This document shows positions 15,411 through 25,743 of a stretch of DNA of 64,000 bases, piece after piece. Made by a program: the position numbers and the translations under genes. A model generated the notes under the pieces. It saw nothing but the letters and a program-made list of their open reading frames with translations. It did no database searches and was not told the origin of the DNA. Origin of the DNA: Candidatus Saccharimonadales bacterium (GTDB taxonomy: Bacteria; Patescibacteriota; Saccharimonadia; Saccharimonadales; EFPC-124); contig JBOHNX010000001.1 of the NCBI GenBank assembly GCA_050730875.1, positions 489,972 to 553,971 on the forward strand, written 5' to 3'. Each line of letters opens with the position of its first letter. The stretch's first letter is position 1.

Positions 15411-15448
15411 ACACCAATAGTAGCATTACAGAGTGGTAAAAAATTGAT

Positions 15449-16198
15449 TTGGCATTTGAGGCAAGTCGCGCTACAATCTTATCGTTTATGATATTAACTA
15501 TTCAATTCCGCGAAGACGTAACAGAGGAGCACGAACAACAGTGTATCTTAAAACGCCTCCCAGCCGATCAGGAGGCTACGTTCGTTTCGATTTTCGATGA
15601 AACGATTGATTTTAAAAAACCTAAGCAGTTGTTGAAGGGTGCCGACAAGCTCATTCTGGGCGGTAGCGCGGCGTTGTCGATGGCGCCCGGTCATGAGCAT
15701 ACTGACTACAAAAAAGTTGACCATATTTTGCGCACTCTGGCGCCCCTCACCCGCTACATCTTGGAGCAAGATTTCCCAACGTTAGGGGCTTGTTTTGGCC
15801 ACCAGCTAATTGCGCATTTCGCCGGGTCGGTTATTGCCTATGACACGGAGCAGGCCGAAAGCGGCGTTGGCAAAATCAGCTTAACTCCGCAAGGCGAACA
15901 GGATCCTCTATTTAAAGATGTCTCTAAAGACTTTTATGCCATAACCAGCCACCAAGACAGCGTTATTGGGGTGCCAAAGGGAGCGGCTCTGTTGGCCCGT
16001 AGCGAGCGCTGCACAGTACATGCCCTTCGATTTGGCAATAATGTGTACACAACTCAGTTTCATAGCGAGCTCGACGAACAAGAGCATGCTTATCGTGTTT
16101 CGCTCTTCCCGCAGTACGCCGCACACGCCATTCAACACGACGAATCGTGCCTACTGGAAGGCGCGGCTATACTTCAGAATTTTCTCGCGATGCGCTAG
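15449..16198 (+). CDS. class I glutamine amidotransferase-like protein (start uncertain)
   Basis: LGACFGHQLIA (nucleophile elbow Cys) and TQFHSELD (His/Glu) motifs. The 3' end overlaps uvrC convergently by 32 nt. Confidence 0.7.
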   Translation: MAFEASRATILSFMILTIQFREDVTEEHEQQCILKRLPADQEATFVSIFDETIDFKKPKQLLKGADKLILGGSAALSMAPGHEHTDYKKVDHILRTLAPLTRYILEQDFPTLGACFGHQLIAHFAGSVIAYDTEQAESGVGKISLTPQGEQDPLFKDVSKDFYAITSHQDSVIGVPKGAALLARSERCTVHALRFGNNVYTTQFHSELDEQEHAYRVSLFPQYAAHAIQHDESCLLEGAAILQNFLAMR

Positions 16199-17708
16199 GA
16201 TTTTTGACACGTTCGGCGGCAATATGCGGCCAAATTATTTTGGTTTTGCTCTCGCCTATTGCGGCAACAAGCTGGTCGCGTGAAGCACTTTTGAGTGCGC
16301 GAACACTTCCAAAAGCTTGAATGATTTTTTTGCGGGTCGCCGGGCCGACACCAGGGATTTCTTCAAGTTCACTCGCAGTTTGGCGTTGACGTTTAAGCAC
16401 CGTGTGGTAGCTTACGGCAAAGCGGTGCGACTCGTTGCGGATGCGCTGCAGCAGTTTTACGATATGCGAATTGCGCCCTAACCTCACCACATAAAAATCG
16501 CCAGTTTCGGCAACGAATATATCCTTGTGGCTAGTCAGCTTAAGTACGACGTTTGATTGTGTTTTGTGAATAACGACTTCTTCTTCGCGTTTAGCAAGGC
16601 CGACGGCCGGAATCTGTACACCGCGCTCCTCGAGTGCTGTTATTGCTGCCATGAGCTGGCCTTTTCCGCCATCGATCAGCAACAAATCGGGTATTGGCCA
16701 ATCTAAATGCTCGCCACTAAAGCGCCGCAGCATGACTTCGCGCATGTGAGCAAAATCGTCATTGCCAGGTGTGCGCATTTTGAATTTGCGATACTCGGCT
16801 TTGTGCGCCACGCCGTTGGTTGCCACTACCATGCTGGCTACGTTGTCGCTGCCCTGCATGTGGCTAATGTCGTAGCCTTCGATGCGTTTTGGAACGCCCT
16901 TTAGGCTCAACAAATCTCGTAGGCCACTCAGGGCTTGATCTTTGCTGATATCCATAAATTCGCGATCGCTAAATATAATGCGGCGCTGCAATTCTTTAAG
17001 TGCGCTCATTTGGTTGCGCAATTTTGCGGCTTGTTCGAATCGTTGCTGTTTGGCTGCCAGATTCATTTCTTTTTCGAGCTGATTAACTAATTTTTTGCGC
17101 TCGCCTTTGAGGTACATAATGAGCTTGCGCAAAATGGTTTTGTAATCCGCGCTCGAAATTTTTTGTTCTTCTACCCCCGGGCACAACCCCAAGTGATACT
17201 GCAAGCACACCCTTTTTGGTATAACAGCATGAGTAGAGTATGGGAAAACGCGGCGTAGATAGCGCAGGGCTTTACGCACCGCAAAGCCGTTGTAGTACGG
17301 GCCAAAATATTCGGCGCCGTCATCCAGCGGATAGCGCGTAAAACTGACGTACGGGTACGGATCTTGCATGTTAATGCGTACGTACAGCTGCGATTTGTCA
17401 TCGCGAAGCAGCACATTGTAGCGCGGTTTGTAGCGCTTAATCATTTCGCTTTCTAAAAACAGGGCATCGATTTCAGATTCTGTCTCGATCCAATCGGTAT
17501 CAAAAATCTCGGCGACCAGCGCCAGTGTTTTAGCATCGTGATCGCGCGTTTTCTGAAAATACTGCCGTACGCGGTTTTTTAACACCGCGGCTTTCCCAAC
17601 ATAAATAATTTCGCCGGTTTTGGACTTATGAAAGTACACGCCGGCGGAGTTTGGCAGGCCTTTTAACTTCTCACTCAGTTTCTTTTGCACAGTTTTATTG
17701 TATCGCAC
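16167..17708 (-). CDS. uvrC: excinuclease ABC subunit C (short form)
   Basis: 513 aa. N-terminal GIY-YIG (GVYFHKSKTGEIIYVGKA...NRVRQY), a UVR-like helix, an RNase H-like endonuclease domain and a C-terminal HhH. Confidence 0.85.
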   Translation of the reverse strand: MRYNKTVQKKLSEKLKGLPNSAGVYFHKSKTGEIIYVGKAAVLKNRVRQYFQKTRDHDAKTLALVAEIFDTDWIETESEIDALFLESEMIKRYKPRYNVLLRDDKSQLYVRINMQDPYPYVSFTRYPLDDGAEYFGPYYNGFAVRKALRYLRRVFPYSTHAVIPKRVCLQYHLGLCPGVEEQKISSADYKTILRKLIMYLKGERKKLVNQLEKEMNLAAKQQRFEQAAKLRNQMSALKELQRRIIFSDREFMDISKDQALSGLRDLLSLKGVPKRIEGYDISHMQGSDNVASMVVATNGVAHKAEYRKFKMRTPGNDDFAHMREVMLRRFSGEHLDWPIPDLLLIDGGKGQLMAAITALEERGVQIPAVGLAKREEEVVIHKTQSNVVLKLTSHKDIFVAETGDFYVVRLGRNSHIVKLLQRIRNESHRFAVSYHTVLKRQRQTASELEEIPGVGPATRKKIIQAFGSVRALKSASRDQLVAAIGESKTKIIWPHIAAERVKNPSASRENSEV

Positions 17709-17730
17709 CTGCGTGTGGTAGGCTTTCTAC

Positions 17731-18267
17731 ATGCAACACATTACTTGGAAGAAAGTTAGTGAACGCCACGAACGCGTTGGCTACCGTGACGTTTACCACA
17801 AAACATTTGTTATGCCAGATGGCAACAAAGCCGACTGGACTACAGTGGGCAAGGGTGCCGTGGTGGGTATTTTACCAATCACGAACGATGGAAAAATTGT
17901 GTGTGCTACTCAATTTCGGGCTGGCCCAGAACGGATTTGTACCGAATTGCCCGGTGGTGCAGTAGACGAAGGCGAAACAGCTGAAGTTGCAGCAGCGCGC
18001 GAACTGCTTGAAGAAACAGGCTACGAGGGAACCTTGAAACTTATAGCGTGCACTCCTCACGATGCTTACGCTGACATCGTGCGGTATCACTTTCTCGCTA
18101 CAGGCTGTCGACAAGTGCCGTCTGTGGCCAACGATGAACATGAATTTATTGAGCCACAATTGCTCAGCGTAGACGAGTTTATTACCAAGCTTTACGCAGG
18201 CGGAATGACCGACGACGCTACGGCACTGTTTGGCCTGCGCGAGCTCGAAAAATTAGGCGTGCACTAA
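17731..18267 (+). CDS. NUDIX hydrolase
   Basis: Nudix box [24 protein letters not shown]. Confidence 0.8.
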   Translation: MQHITWKKVSERHERVGYRDVYHKTFVMPDGNKADWTTVGKGAVVGILPITNDGKIVCATQFRAGPERICTELPGGAVDEGETAEVAAARELLEETGYEGTLKLIACTPHDAYADIVRYHFLATGCRQVPSVANDEHEFIEPQLLSVDEFITKLYAGGMTDDATALFGLRELEKLGVH

Positions 18268-19140
18268 AACTTTATCGCACTCTTTTGAGCAGGTCTGGGT
18301 TTTGATGTGGCAACCTTCGCAAATAAGCACTAAGTTGTTGCAAGCCATATTGGCACAGTTTTCGAAGTTACTGGTTTTGGCATCGCAGCGGATACAGTGG
18401 CCGATGTCTTTGGCTTTTTGGCTAAATTGCGTCACTAGGCGGCCGTCGAAGACATATAGCTTGCCTTCCCACAGGCCGTCGTCGCCATATTTTTCGCCGT
18501 ATTTTACGATGCCACCATCGATTTGGTAGACTTCTTTAAAGCCACGGTTCTTCATGAGCGCGCTCAGCGCTTCGCAGCGAATACCGCCGGTGCAGTACGT
18601 GACAACTGGCTTGTCTTTGATGTCATCGTACTTATCGCTTTCGAGTTCTTTAATAAAATCACGCGTTGTGCGCGTATTTGGCACCACAGCATTCTTGAAT
18701 TTACCCACCTTGGCTTCGTAAGCGTTGCGGCCGTCAAAAAAGACTACATCGTCACCGCGTTCTTCGACGAGTTTGTGAACGGCTTCGGGTTTAAGATGTT
18801 TGCCGCCGTTCACCACGCCGTTTTCATCTACCTTAATTTCATCTGGTGCGCCAAAGGCAACAAGTTCTGGACGGACTTTCACGCTAAGACGCGGGAAATG
18901 ATCCTTCGCGCCATCACTCCACTTAAAAACAGTGTCTTTAAATGGCGCATACTCTTTAGTGGCTTTAACGTACGCTTTCACGTCTTTAATATCGCCGCCG
19001 ACCGTGCCGTTTATGCCATGCTCAGAAATCAAAATACGCCCCTTCAGGTTCAGCTTCTCGCAAAGTGTTTTCTGCCACAACTTAAGTGATTGGGGGTCTG
19101 CAACTGGCGCAAACTTGTAATACAAGACAATCTTTTGCAT
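18253..19140 (-). CDS. trhO: rhodanese-domain protein, UPF0176/TrhO (tRNA U34 hydroxylase)-like
   Basis: 295 aa. The N-terminal YKF... fold, the rhodanese active-site loop YCTGGIRCE and a C-terminal Cys-rich tail are typical of YceA/TrhO. Confidence 0.75.
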   Translation of the reverse strand: MQKIVLYYKFAPVADPQSLKLWQKTLCEKLNLKGRILISEHGINGTVGGDIKDVKAYVKATKEYAPFKDTVFKWSDGAKDHFPRLSVKVRPELVAFGAPDEIKVDENGVVNGGKHLKPEAVHKLVEERGDDVVFFDGRNAYEAKVGKFKNAVVPNTRTTRDFIKELESDKYDDIKDKPVVTYCTGGIRCEALSALMKNRGFKEVYQIDGGIVKYGEKYGDDGLWEGKLYVFDGRLVTQFSQKAKDIGHCIRCDAKTSNFENCANMACNNLVLICEGCHIKTQTCSKECDKVLVHA

Positions 19141-19175
19141 TGCGGATACATTATACAGTATAGTAGTTAAGTTGT

Positions 19176-19255
19176 AATGTTCATGGTGTGAACATTTTCT
19201 TCCGTGCCACGATCGGACGGGCCCGTATAGTGCTGGGCAGCACTATACGTTTTCT
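19176..19255 (+). promoter_or_regulatory. two tandem terminator-like hairpins in the leader of the ABC exporter gene
   Basis: AATGTTCA-TGGTG-TGAACATT followed by TTTCTT (19176-19202). CGTATAGTGCTG..CAGCACTATACG followed by TTTTCT (19224-19255). Confidence 0.4.
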
Positions 19256-19261
19256 GACTTT

Positions 19262-21118
19262 ATGCCTGAGTGGAGCGACTTGTCGCGAACGAAGGGAAGA
19301 GTGAAAGCAGCGAGCAAAGTAAAAACTAACAGGAAATCTATGTCAACCGCGAGACAAACGGTCCATTTATTCTGGCAGCATGCCTGGCGCTATCCGCACT
19401 ACGTGATTGGGTTGGCTATTGCAGTGCCGGCTACAATACTAGTCCATCAATTCTTACCGCCACTCATTGCCGCTACTGTGCTCGAACGCATCAGCAAGGG
19501 TGATTTTGAGTCAGGCGATTTATGGAGTAGCTTTGGCACCGACCTCGCGCTGTATGCCGCACTTGTTATTGTCGGCGGCTCGTTTGCCTGGCGAATTGTA
19601 ATTTGGCTTATTTGGAAATTAGAGATGTTGGTTGTGCGCGATATCCACCAGCGCGTGTTTTCGCACTTACTCGACTTAAGTGCAAACTTCCACGCAAATC
19701 GCTTTGGTGGATCTCTAGTTTCGCAAGCGAACAAACTTGCAGGTGCCTACATTCGTATTGCTGATACGACAGTATTCCAGATAACGACCATGATCCTGGC
19801 GTTTGCCTTTACAGCTATTATTTTGCTGCCACGAGCGCCACTGTTTGTTGCCTTGCTGCTACTATTCTCAGTCATTTTTATGACTACAGCAGTGCTTGTA
19901 ACGAAACGTGTTCGCGAGCTAAACGCTGCCGAAGCTAAAGCATCGAATACGCAGACCGGCTATCTTGCCGATAGCGTTACGAATGTCATGGCGGTAAAAG
20001 GTTTTGCTGCCGGCAACTACGAACGCGAACGCTATGCAAAGGCAACCGAAGCGGCCCGCGCAGCAACCACACAAGTTATGCGTGCCTCATTAAAGCGCGA
20101 TACCTATTTTGGCAGTGTTACAAGTGGTATCGATGCGCTAGCACTGACGCTTGCTGCTGCGAGCGTAGTGTTCTTTCAAGCGGATATTGCGACTGTCTTT
20201 TTGGTGCTGACTTACACCGGCAATATTGTGAAACGCTTGTGGGATTTCTGCCAAAGCACCTTGCGCAATTACAATCGCGCACTTGGTGATGCACGCGATA
20301 TGGTTCAGACTTTGGCGATCGAGCCCGGCGTTAAAGACCCGACTAAACCCGAGCCCGTGCGCATAACCAAAGGGTCTATCACTTTTAAAGATGTCAGTTT
20401 TACTCACGCTGACGAGCAGGCTGGCAATAGCTTGTTCAAGAACCTTGATCTTGCCATTAAACCTGGCGAAAAGATCGGCTTAGTTGGGCACTCTGGATCT
20501 GGTAAAACTACGCTTACCAAGTTGCTGCTGCGCTTTGCAGACATTAACAAGGGCGAGATTCTTATCGATGGCCAAAATATCGCCAAGATTGCACAGGATG
20601 ATTTGCGTCGCCATATTGCCTACGTACCGCAAGAACCGTTGTTGTTCCACCGAACCATTAAGGAAAATATTGCCTACGGTAAACCAGATGCAACCGACGA
20701 CGAGATTAAAGAAGCTGCTCGCCGGGCAAATGCTGCCGAGTTTATCGAAAAACTCCCGCATGGCTATGGGACACTAGTTGGCGAGCGCGGCGTGAAACTT
20801 TCGGGCGGCCAGCGGCAACGGGTTGCCATTGCGCGCGCCATTCTAAAAGATGCACCGATCTTGGTGCTCGATGAAGCAACCAGCGCACTCGACAGCGAAA
20901 GCGAAAAGCTCATACAAGCGGCGTTGTGGGAGCTTATGGAAGGTCGCACCGCCATTGTTATTGCGCACCGATTAAGCACCATCCAACGAATGGACCGAAT
21001 TATCGTGCTCGAGCATGGGCAGATCACAGAACAAGGAAATCACAGCGAATTACTGAAAAACGGCAATACCTACGCCGAACTATGGGCGCATCAATCCGGC
21101 GGATTCATAGACGATTAG
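19262..21118 (+). CDS. ABC transporter, fused permease/ATPase (MsbA/exporter type); true start may be the ATG at 19340
   Basis: Six-TM N-terminal domain. Walker A GHSGSGKTT, signature LSGGQRQR, Walker B ILVLDEATSALD. Confidence 0.85.
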   Translation: MPEWSDLSRTKGRVKAASKVKTNRKSMSTARQTVHLFWQHAWRYPHYVIGLAIAVPATILVHQFLPPLIAATVLERISKGDFESGDLWSSFGTDLALYAALVIVGGSFAWRIVIWLIWKLEMLVVRDIHQRVFSHLLDLSANFHANRFGGSLVSQANKLAGAYIRIADTTVFQITTMILAFAFTAIILLPRAPLFVALLLLFSVIFMTTAVLVTKRVRELNAAEAKASNTQTGYLADSVTNVMAVKGFAAGNYERERYAKATEAARAATTQVMRASLKRDTYFGSVTSGIDALALTLAAASVVFFQADIATVFLVLTYTGNIVKRLWDFCQSTLRNYNRALGDARDMVQTLAIEPGVKDPTKPEPVRITKGSITFKDVSFTHADEQAGNSLFKNLDLAIKPGEKIGLVGHSGSGKTTLTKLLLRFADINKGEILIDGQNIAKIAQDDLRRHIAYVPQEPLLFHRTIKENIAYGKPDATDDEIKEAARRANAAEFIEKLPHGYGTLVGERGVKLSGGQRQRVAIARAILKDAPILVLDEATSALDSESEKLIQAALWELMEGRTAIVIAHRLSTIQRMDRIIVLEHGQITEQGNHSELLKNGNTYAELWAHQSGGFIDD

Positions 21119-21155
21119 TTGCAACTGCGCAAGAATATTGTTATATAAGTAGCAA

Positions 21156-22070
21156 ATGACAGCTCCACAAAATAAGGAGCACTCACCCCGCAATGGCGAG
21201 TTGCTTCGTAAAACCGCAGAGGCCGTTAGTATTGGCACCCTAGCCCTTCTCGCTGCTGAACACCTTAGCACTGAAGTCTTTTACCCGCGCTGGCGACAGG
21301 GTAGTCTTGAATGTTTTCCCCACGACGCTGAGCCCAATAAGCTCCCAGAGAAGAGTTGGTTGATATTTGGCGGCTTAAAATATGGTGACGCGGGCATCAT
21401 AGGTGAAGCACTTCAGGAATCACTGGGTGAAGTTGCTGCAGTAGGGTACGCTAGATATCCAAATCGACGCCTTGGTATAGAAACACTGGCCCATTTCGCT
21501 AAAAATAGTGGTGTACGTAATTTAAATATTTATGGCCACAGCATGGGTACCGGAGTCGCCATGACATTTTTAAGCATGTTGCAGCCAGAGTTGCAGCGTG
21601 GCGACATAAAGGTGGAGCGTTTTGTCATGGACGGCTCACCGGCCGAGATAAACGATACAAATTACGAGGAACTCCTAAAAGCGCTCCTTTCTTCCCCCTA
21701 TCCACCAGGTATGCTTGCAAAATTTGGCATGCACGCCTGGGACTTGGCGGTCGGCAAAAAGCTGAATTCATTTATTCAAGAATTTGCCGCTTCACCAGAG
21801 TTAGTGATGAACCAGCTTTTGCATTTGGAATTTAGTAACCCTGACAGGTACCAGCATATACTGCCATACCTAAGCAACACACAATTTGCTTACGTTTACG
21901 GGGAGAACGATACCGTAGTAAAAACCCAACAAGCACTCAAAAAATGGCAACGGTTTCTCGGTGGTCGAGTTCACGAGATAGGTATTCCCAACGGCATTCA
22001 TGCTAATCCGCACGAGGAGCCCGTGTTATACAATAAAGCGCTGCTGAATTACTTCGACCTTGCAGCCTAG
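21156..22070 (+). CDS. alpha/beta-fold hydrolase
   Basis: Nucleophile elbow YGHSMGTG. 304 aa. Confidence 0.6.
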   Translation: MTAPQNKEHSPRNGELLRKTAEAVSIGTLALLAAEHLSTEVFYPRWRQGSLECFPHDAEPNKLPEKSWLIFGGLKYGDAGIIGEALQESLGEVAAVGYARYPNRRLGIETLAHFAKNSGVRNLNIYGHSMGTGVAMTFLSMLQPELQRGDIKVERFVMDGSPAEINDTNYEELLKALLSSPYPPGMLAKFGMHAWDLAVGKKLNSFIQEFAASPELVMNQLLHLEFSNPDRYQHILPYLSNTQFAYVYGENDTVVKTQQALKKWQRFLGGRVHEIGIPNGIHANPHEEPVLYNKALLNYFDLAA

Positions 22071-22071
22071 G

Positions 22072-22779
22072 CTATTCTTTTGCTTCGCCCTTTTCTTTCA
22101 TTTCGGCGGGTTGGTCTTCGCCCTCGTATTCGCCTTCTTCAGTGCCTTGTTCGGCTTCGACCTCTTCTTCGTCGCCTGGTTCGGCTTCGCCTGCTGCAGC
22201 TTCGTTAGCGGCCTGCAATGCGCTTGGTTCGTACACGGTTGCAACGACCACCTCTGGCTCGGCCAGAAGCGTCACCCCTTCAATTGGCTTAATGTCGGCC
22301 ACGGTGACGTGGTCACCGGGCTCAACTAATGTAACGCTTGGTACTTCAACAAAGTCTGGCAAATCACGTGGTAACGCTTCTACACTTGCCATTTCAAGAG
22401 CTTGCAGTACCACTAGACCAGCTTTTTCGGCCTCGGTCTCACCTTCGCCCATAACGCGTATCGGGACTTCAGTTTGAACTTTTTCATTCTGTTTTACGAT
22501 GTGAAAGCTTAAGTGGCGGAGGCGACGCTTTACGGGATCTAGGTCGGCCGATTTAATCATTGCTAGGCGTTTCTTATCGCCTACAGTAAGTTCGATAGGA
22601 TGGTGGCGGCCAGCGTCGTGCCAGACTTTCTCTGCGACATTTGCTGGTGCCATAACGGGTGTGGCATCAAAATTATGACCGTACACCACAGCTGGGACGT
22701 ATCCCTGCTTGCGAAGCTGTTTTACTTTCTTACCTAAGAGTTTCCGTTCTTCAACCGTTAGAAATACCTTATCACCCAT
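22072..22779 (-). CDS. rplY: 50S ribosomal protein L25/general stress protein Ctc with acidic C-terminal tail
   Basis: N-terminal ...RKQGYVPAVVYG... L25 signature. Long E/A/G-rich tail. Confidence 0.8.
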   Translation of the reverse strand: MGDKVFLTVEERKLLGKKVKQLRKQGYVPAVVYGHNFDATPVMAPANVAEKVWHDAGRHHPIELTVGDKKRLAMIKSADLDPVKRRLRHLSFHIVKQNEKVQTEVPIRVMGEGETEAEKAGLVVLQALEMASVEALPRDLPDFVEVPSVTLVEPGDHVTVADIKPIEGVTLLAEPEVVVATVYEPSALQAANEAAAGEAEPGDEEEVEAEQGTEEGEYEGEDQPAEMKEKGEAKE

Positions 22780-22858
22780 GTAGCCTCCTTTTGCCCGCCC
22801 AGAAGTTATGTCTTAATTATACCAAAATTTACCCCTAAACCCGTGATAGAATGGGATC

Positions 22859-23521
22859 ATGCTTTTCGGGCTTGATTTAGTGGAAGTGATTCGCGCAGCC
22901 GGCGTGCTGGGCGTAGCGGCAATCATATTTGCCGAATCCGGTTTATTAATCGGTTTCTTCTTGCCTGGCGACACGCTTTTGTTCACTACCGGCTTTCTAG
23001 CGAGTCAGGGCGTACTATCAATTGACGTCCATTTGCTTGTGGCTATTTTGTTTGTGGCTGCCGTTGCAGGCGACAATATAGGGTACACATTTGGCCGCCG
23101 TGTTGGACGCCGTTTATTCCGTAAGCCCGATTCGATGCTCTTTCATCAGGAGAATTTACAGAAAGCCGAGGCCTTTTATGAACGCTTTGGTGCTATAACC
23201 ATCGTTTTGGCACGCTTTGTACCAATTGTGCGCACCTTCGCACCTATTGTTGCCGGCGTTGGTAAAATGAGCTACCCAGTGTTTTTAACCTACAACATTG
23301 CCGGTGGGCTGCTTTGGACAGCTGGCATTACTTACCTTGGCTTTTACGGCGGCGCACTCTTGCAGGCAAATGGTATTGATGTCGAAAGCCTCATCTTCCC
23401 AGCTGTCGGCCTGGCAGTACTAATTACCCTGGCCTCACCGATTTATCACATCATTCGCGAACCAAAAAGCCGCAGAATTATGCTACAAAAGCTTGGGTTT
23501 AAGCCTCGCGGGCAGCGCTAG
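22859..23521 (+). CDS. DedA-family membrane protein
   Basis: ...FAESGLLIGFFLPGDTLLFTTG...RFVPIVRTFAPIVAG... is typical of the DedA/SNARE-associated family. Confidence 0.8.
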   Translation: MLFGLDLVEVIRAAGVLGVAAIIFAESGLLIGFFLPGDTLLFTTGFLASQGVLSIDVHLLVAILFVAAVAGDNIGYTFGRRVGRRLFRKPDSMLFHQENLQKAEAFYERFGAITIVLARFVPIVRTFAPIVAGVGKMSYPVFLTYNIAGGLLWTAGITYLGFYGGALLQANGIDVESLIFPAVGLAVLITLASPIYHIIREPKSRRIMLQKLGFKPRGQR

Positions 23522-24087
23522 TCAACTTGATTATCTTTTTCGATCTCTCGTAAAACTAGGCTGCGCAAAATTTCAGCTTTGGTTTCACCAGTCTTATGCG
23601 ATGCCCAACGTAGATAGTTATAAATTTGGCGGTCAATAAAGAAATTAAAGCGCATGTCTTTCGATTGAATGTCATTCTCCAGCAAGAAATCTTTGACAAG
23701 CTTTTTAACGTTTTTCTCATCGTATTCTTTGTACTCTATACCCGCAGCAATACCGCTCGCAAATGGTGATTCAGTTGTGCCCATTTTATTGAGTACGAGT
23801 ACCGGCTTCTTCATTTGTATAGCTAGCGCAACTTGATAGCCTACACTAAAACTAGGGATGGTCGAATCGGCTATAACAACATCCGCCTTGTTGATTGCGT
23901 CGAGCGTATCATTATAAACCAAAACCCAATCGAGCTTATGTGTGCCCTTCTTTTCGATTTCGAATGTTGGCTCAATCCAATCACGTGCCAACGTGTGACC
24001 TTCCTCGTGTACGGCCTCAACAAGGCGCCGTAAATGGTCAATATTTTCTACTATTCCAAATCGTGAACCTACGATATGTACAAGCAT
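23518..24087 (-). CDS. hypothetical protein: 2-deoxyribosyltransferase-like Rossmann domain fused to a C-terminal ribbon-helix-helix-like segment (tentative)
   Basis: The N-terminal ...ADVVIADSTIPSFSVGYQVALAIQMKKPVLVL... resembles nucleoside 2-deoxyribosyltransferase-like proteins but has Q where the catalytic E is expected. The C-terminal RFNFFIDRQIYNYLRWASHKTGETKAEILRSLVLREI resembles CopG/Arc RHH. Confidence 0.4.
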   Translation of the reverse strand: MLVHIVGSRFGIVENIDHLRRLVEAVHEEGHTLARDWIEPTFEIEKKGTHKLDWVLVYNDTLDAINKADVVIADSTIPSFSVGYQVALAIQMKKPVLVLNKMGTTESPFASGIAAGIEYKEYDEKNVKKLVKDFLLENDIQSKDMRFNFFIDRQIYNYLRWASHKTGETKAEILRSLVLREIEKDNQVD

Positions 24088-24143
24088 AAAAACACCTTTT
24101 CTATTTTAGGACTCATTAATACTATAAACTAGAATTCAAAATT

Positions 24144-25040
24144 TTAAAGACCTAGCTCTTGACGAGACAATTGGTAAAACTCTTCATATCGTTTTTGACA
24201 CAAGTCTTTGACTTCCTGCATTGTTGCCTCAGGAAGCTTATTGTTGTCAGAGGAATAAACAAAATGACCACGCTGCAAGGTCGGGCGGATGCTCATATTG
24301 AAATAGTCTATGTCCTCTGCCTGGCCATATGCCATTTTTTTGTTGATCTCTTCAACGTCAAAATGAAGATCTAGCTCACCAAGCGATAACCCGGCACGCT
24401 CCAGCAATAGCTTTAGCACTCGGTCTTCGCCCTCTTGCAGCACGTCGTACGCAAAAGGAATAATATTGACGCCCATCTTTTTATATTTGTGATAGAAGTC
24501 CACCGTATAGACCTGAGCGTCATAAAAATCTTGTACGCTTGAGCCTGGCATGTGCTTTGTCCACGAAGCAAATGTTTGAACCGGGTCACGAAGTATGGCC
24601 AGCCACGTGATCTTTTCTGCGGGAACACCGGCTCTTAAAAGCATCTCAATTGGATCGTGATTTTGTGCAGGACAGCAATTGCGAAATACTTCTTTCATAC
24701 AGACGATTCCACCGCTGCCAAGGTCAAAATCTGGCCTACCAAGCCTTAAGAGTGTCTTAATGGGTTGAAAGTAAGCTCGATCAACATTGCGGCTACTGGC
24801 CAATAAAAAAAGGAGGCTTGTTGTTCCGCTTCGAGCTGGACCTGCCCAGCCAATGATATTTGGTATGTCCTTTAGAGACTTGGGTAGTTTGATATGTTCA
24901 ACAATATAATCACAGGTAAAGGGAGTATCCACGGCACCTACTTCAAGAGTTGTGTCTTTTAATTTAATGTCGAAAGGTGAAGAAAGTCGATCCTTAACTT
25001 TTGATACTGAATGCATTAATAGTCCTACGCGCAAACCCAC
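24144..25040 (-). CDS. sulfotransferase-family protein (start uncertain)
   Basis: P-loop-like 5'-PSB motif WAGPARSGTTSLLF. Overall length fits the sulfotransferase fold. The gene is AT-rich. Confidence 0.55.
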   Translation of the reverse strand: MGLRVGLLMHSVSKVKDRLSSPFDIKLKDTTLEVGAVDTPFTCDYIVEHIKLPKSLKDIPNIIGWAGPARSGTTSLLFLLASSRNVDRAYFQPIKTLLRLGRPDFDLGSGGIVCMKEVFRNCCPAQNHDPIEMLLRAGVPAEKITWLAILRDPVQTFASWTKHMPGSSVQDFYDAQVYTVDFYHKYKKMGVNIIPFAYDVLQEGEDRVLKLLLERAGLSLGELDLHFDVEEINKKMAYGQAEDIDYFNMSIRPTLQRGHFVYSSDNNKLPEATMQEVKDLCQKRYEEFYQLSRQELGL

Positions 25041-25218
25041 GTCAATTACATTATGGCACTAATGAGTAGTCATAACGACAACCTTATTACAGTAGCGCTC
25101 CGTTCACACATATGCAAGTCAATAATTCACATCATAAAGGATATAGACGCGTGGGTAGTTTCTACAATACTAAAATATGTGTATAATATACGCATATAGT
25201 TAAAGAGGACTATTTATC

Positions 25219-25743
25219 ATGGGCTTCATCACTCAAATCGGCGGTGCATGTGACGATAGCAGCTCATTAATTCTCGAACTCAAGCAAAAGCTGCAAAGTA
25301 TTGGCGCTATGGTAGATCACCCGAAAGAGGGGGATCTTAATTCGCGTTCGTCATATGATGGCGAGGTAAACTACTACCACGCTGTTTCGAATGCCAATTT
25401 TCACACTATCGCCAATGATGGTAAGGGCAGGTTAGGCCATATCGACGAAAATGCAGCATTAGAAATTATGCACGCAATGCTCAAGCGCAAGCCGATTGTA
25501 CTGTTGCACGCCCCAGTTTTCGATAGAAATGTTGGCCCGTTTGCGCGCGGAGTTATTGCTAACCGGCTGAGTAAGCTCATGGTTTGCAATTTACTTGAGC
25601 TAGATGATGAAGATGCGCGTCAGTTTTTGCAGAACATCACTGAAAGCGACGTCAATTACACCCTGACGCATCACGAAGAAACGATTATTAAATCGCGACT
25701 AAAAGCGCATTTTCGTAAGCTGCTGCAGCCAGTCAATGCCTAG
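25219..25743 (+). CDS. hypothetical protein (possible 2-deoxyribosyltransferase-like fold)
   Basis: 174 aa. The ...[22 protein letters not shown]... segment parallels the motif in the ORFs at 789-1244 and 23518-24087. AAGAGGA Shine-Dalgarno upstream. Confidence 0.4.
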   Translation: MGFITQIGGACDDSSSLILELKQKLQSIGAMVDHPKEGDLNSRSSYDGEVNYYHAVSNANFHTIANDGKGRLGHIDENAALEIMHAMLKRKPIVLLHAPVFDRNVGPFARGVIANRLSKLMVCNLLELDDEDARQFLQNITESDVNYTLTHHEETIIKSRLKAHFRKLLQPVNA

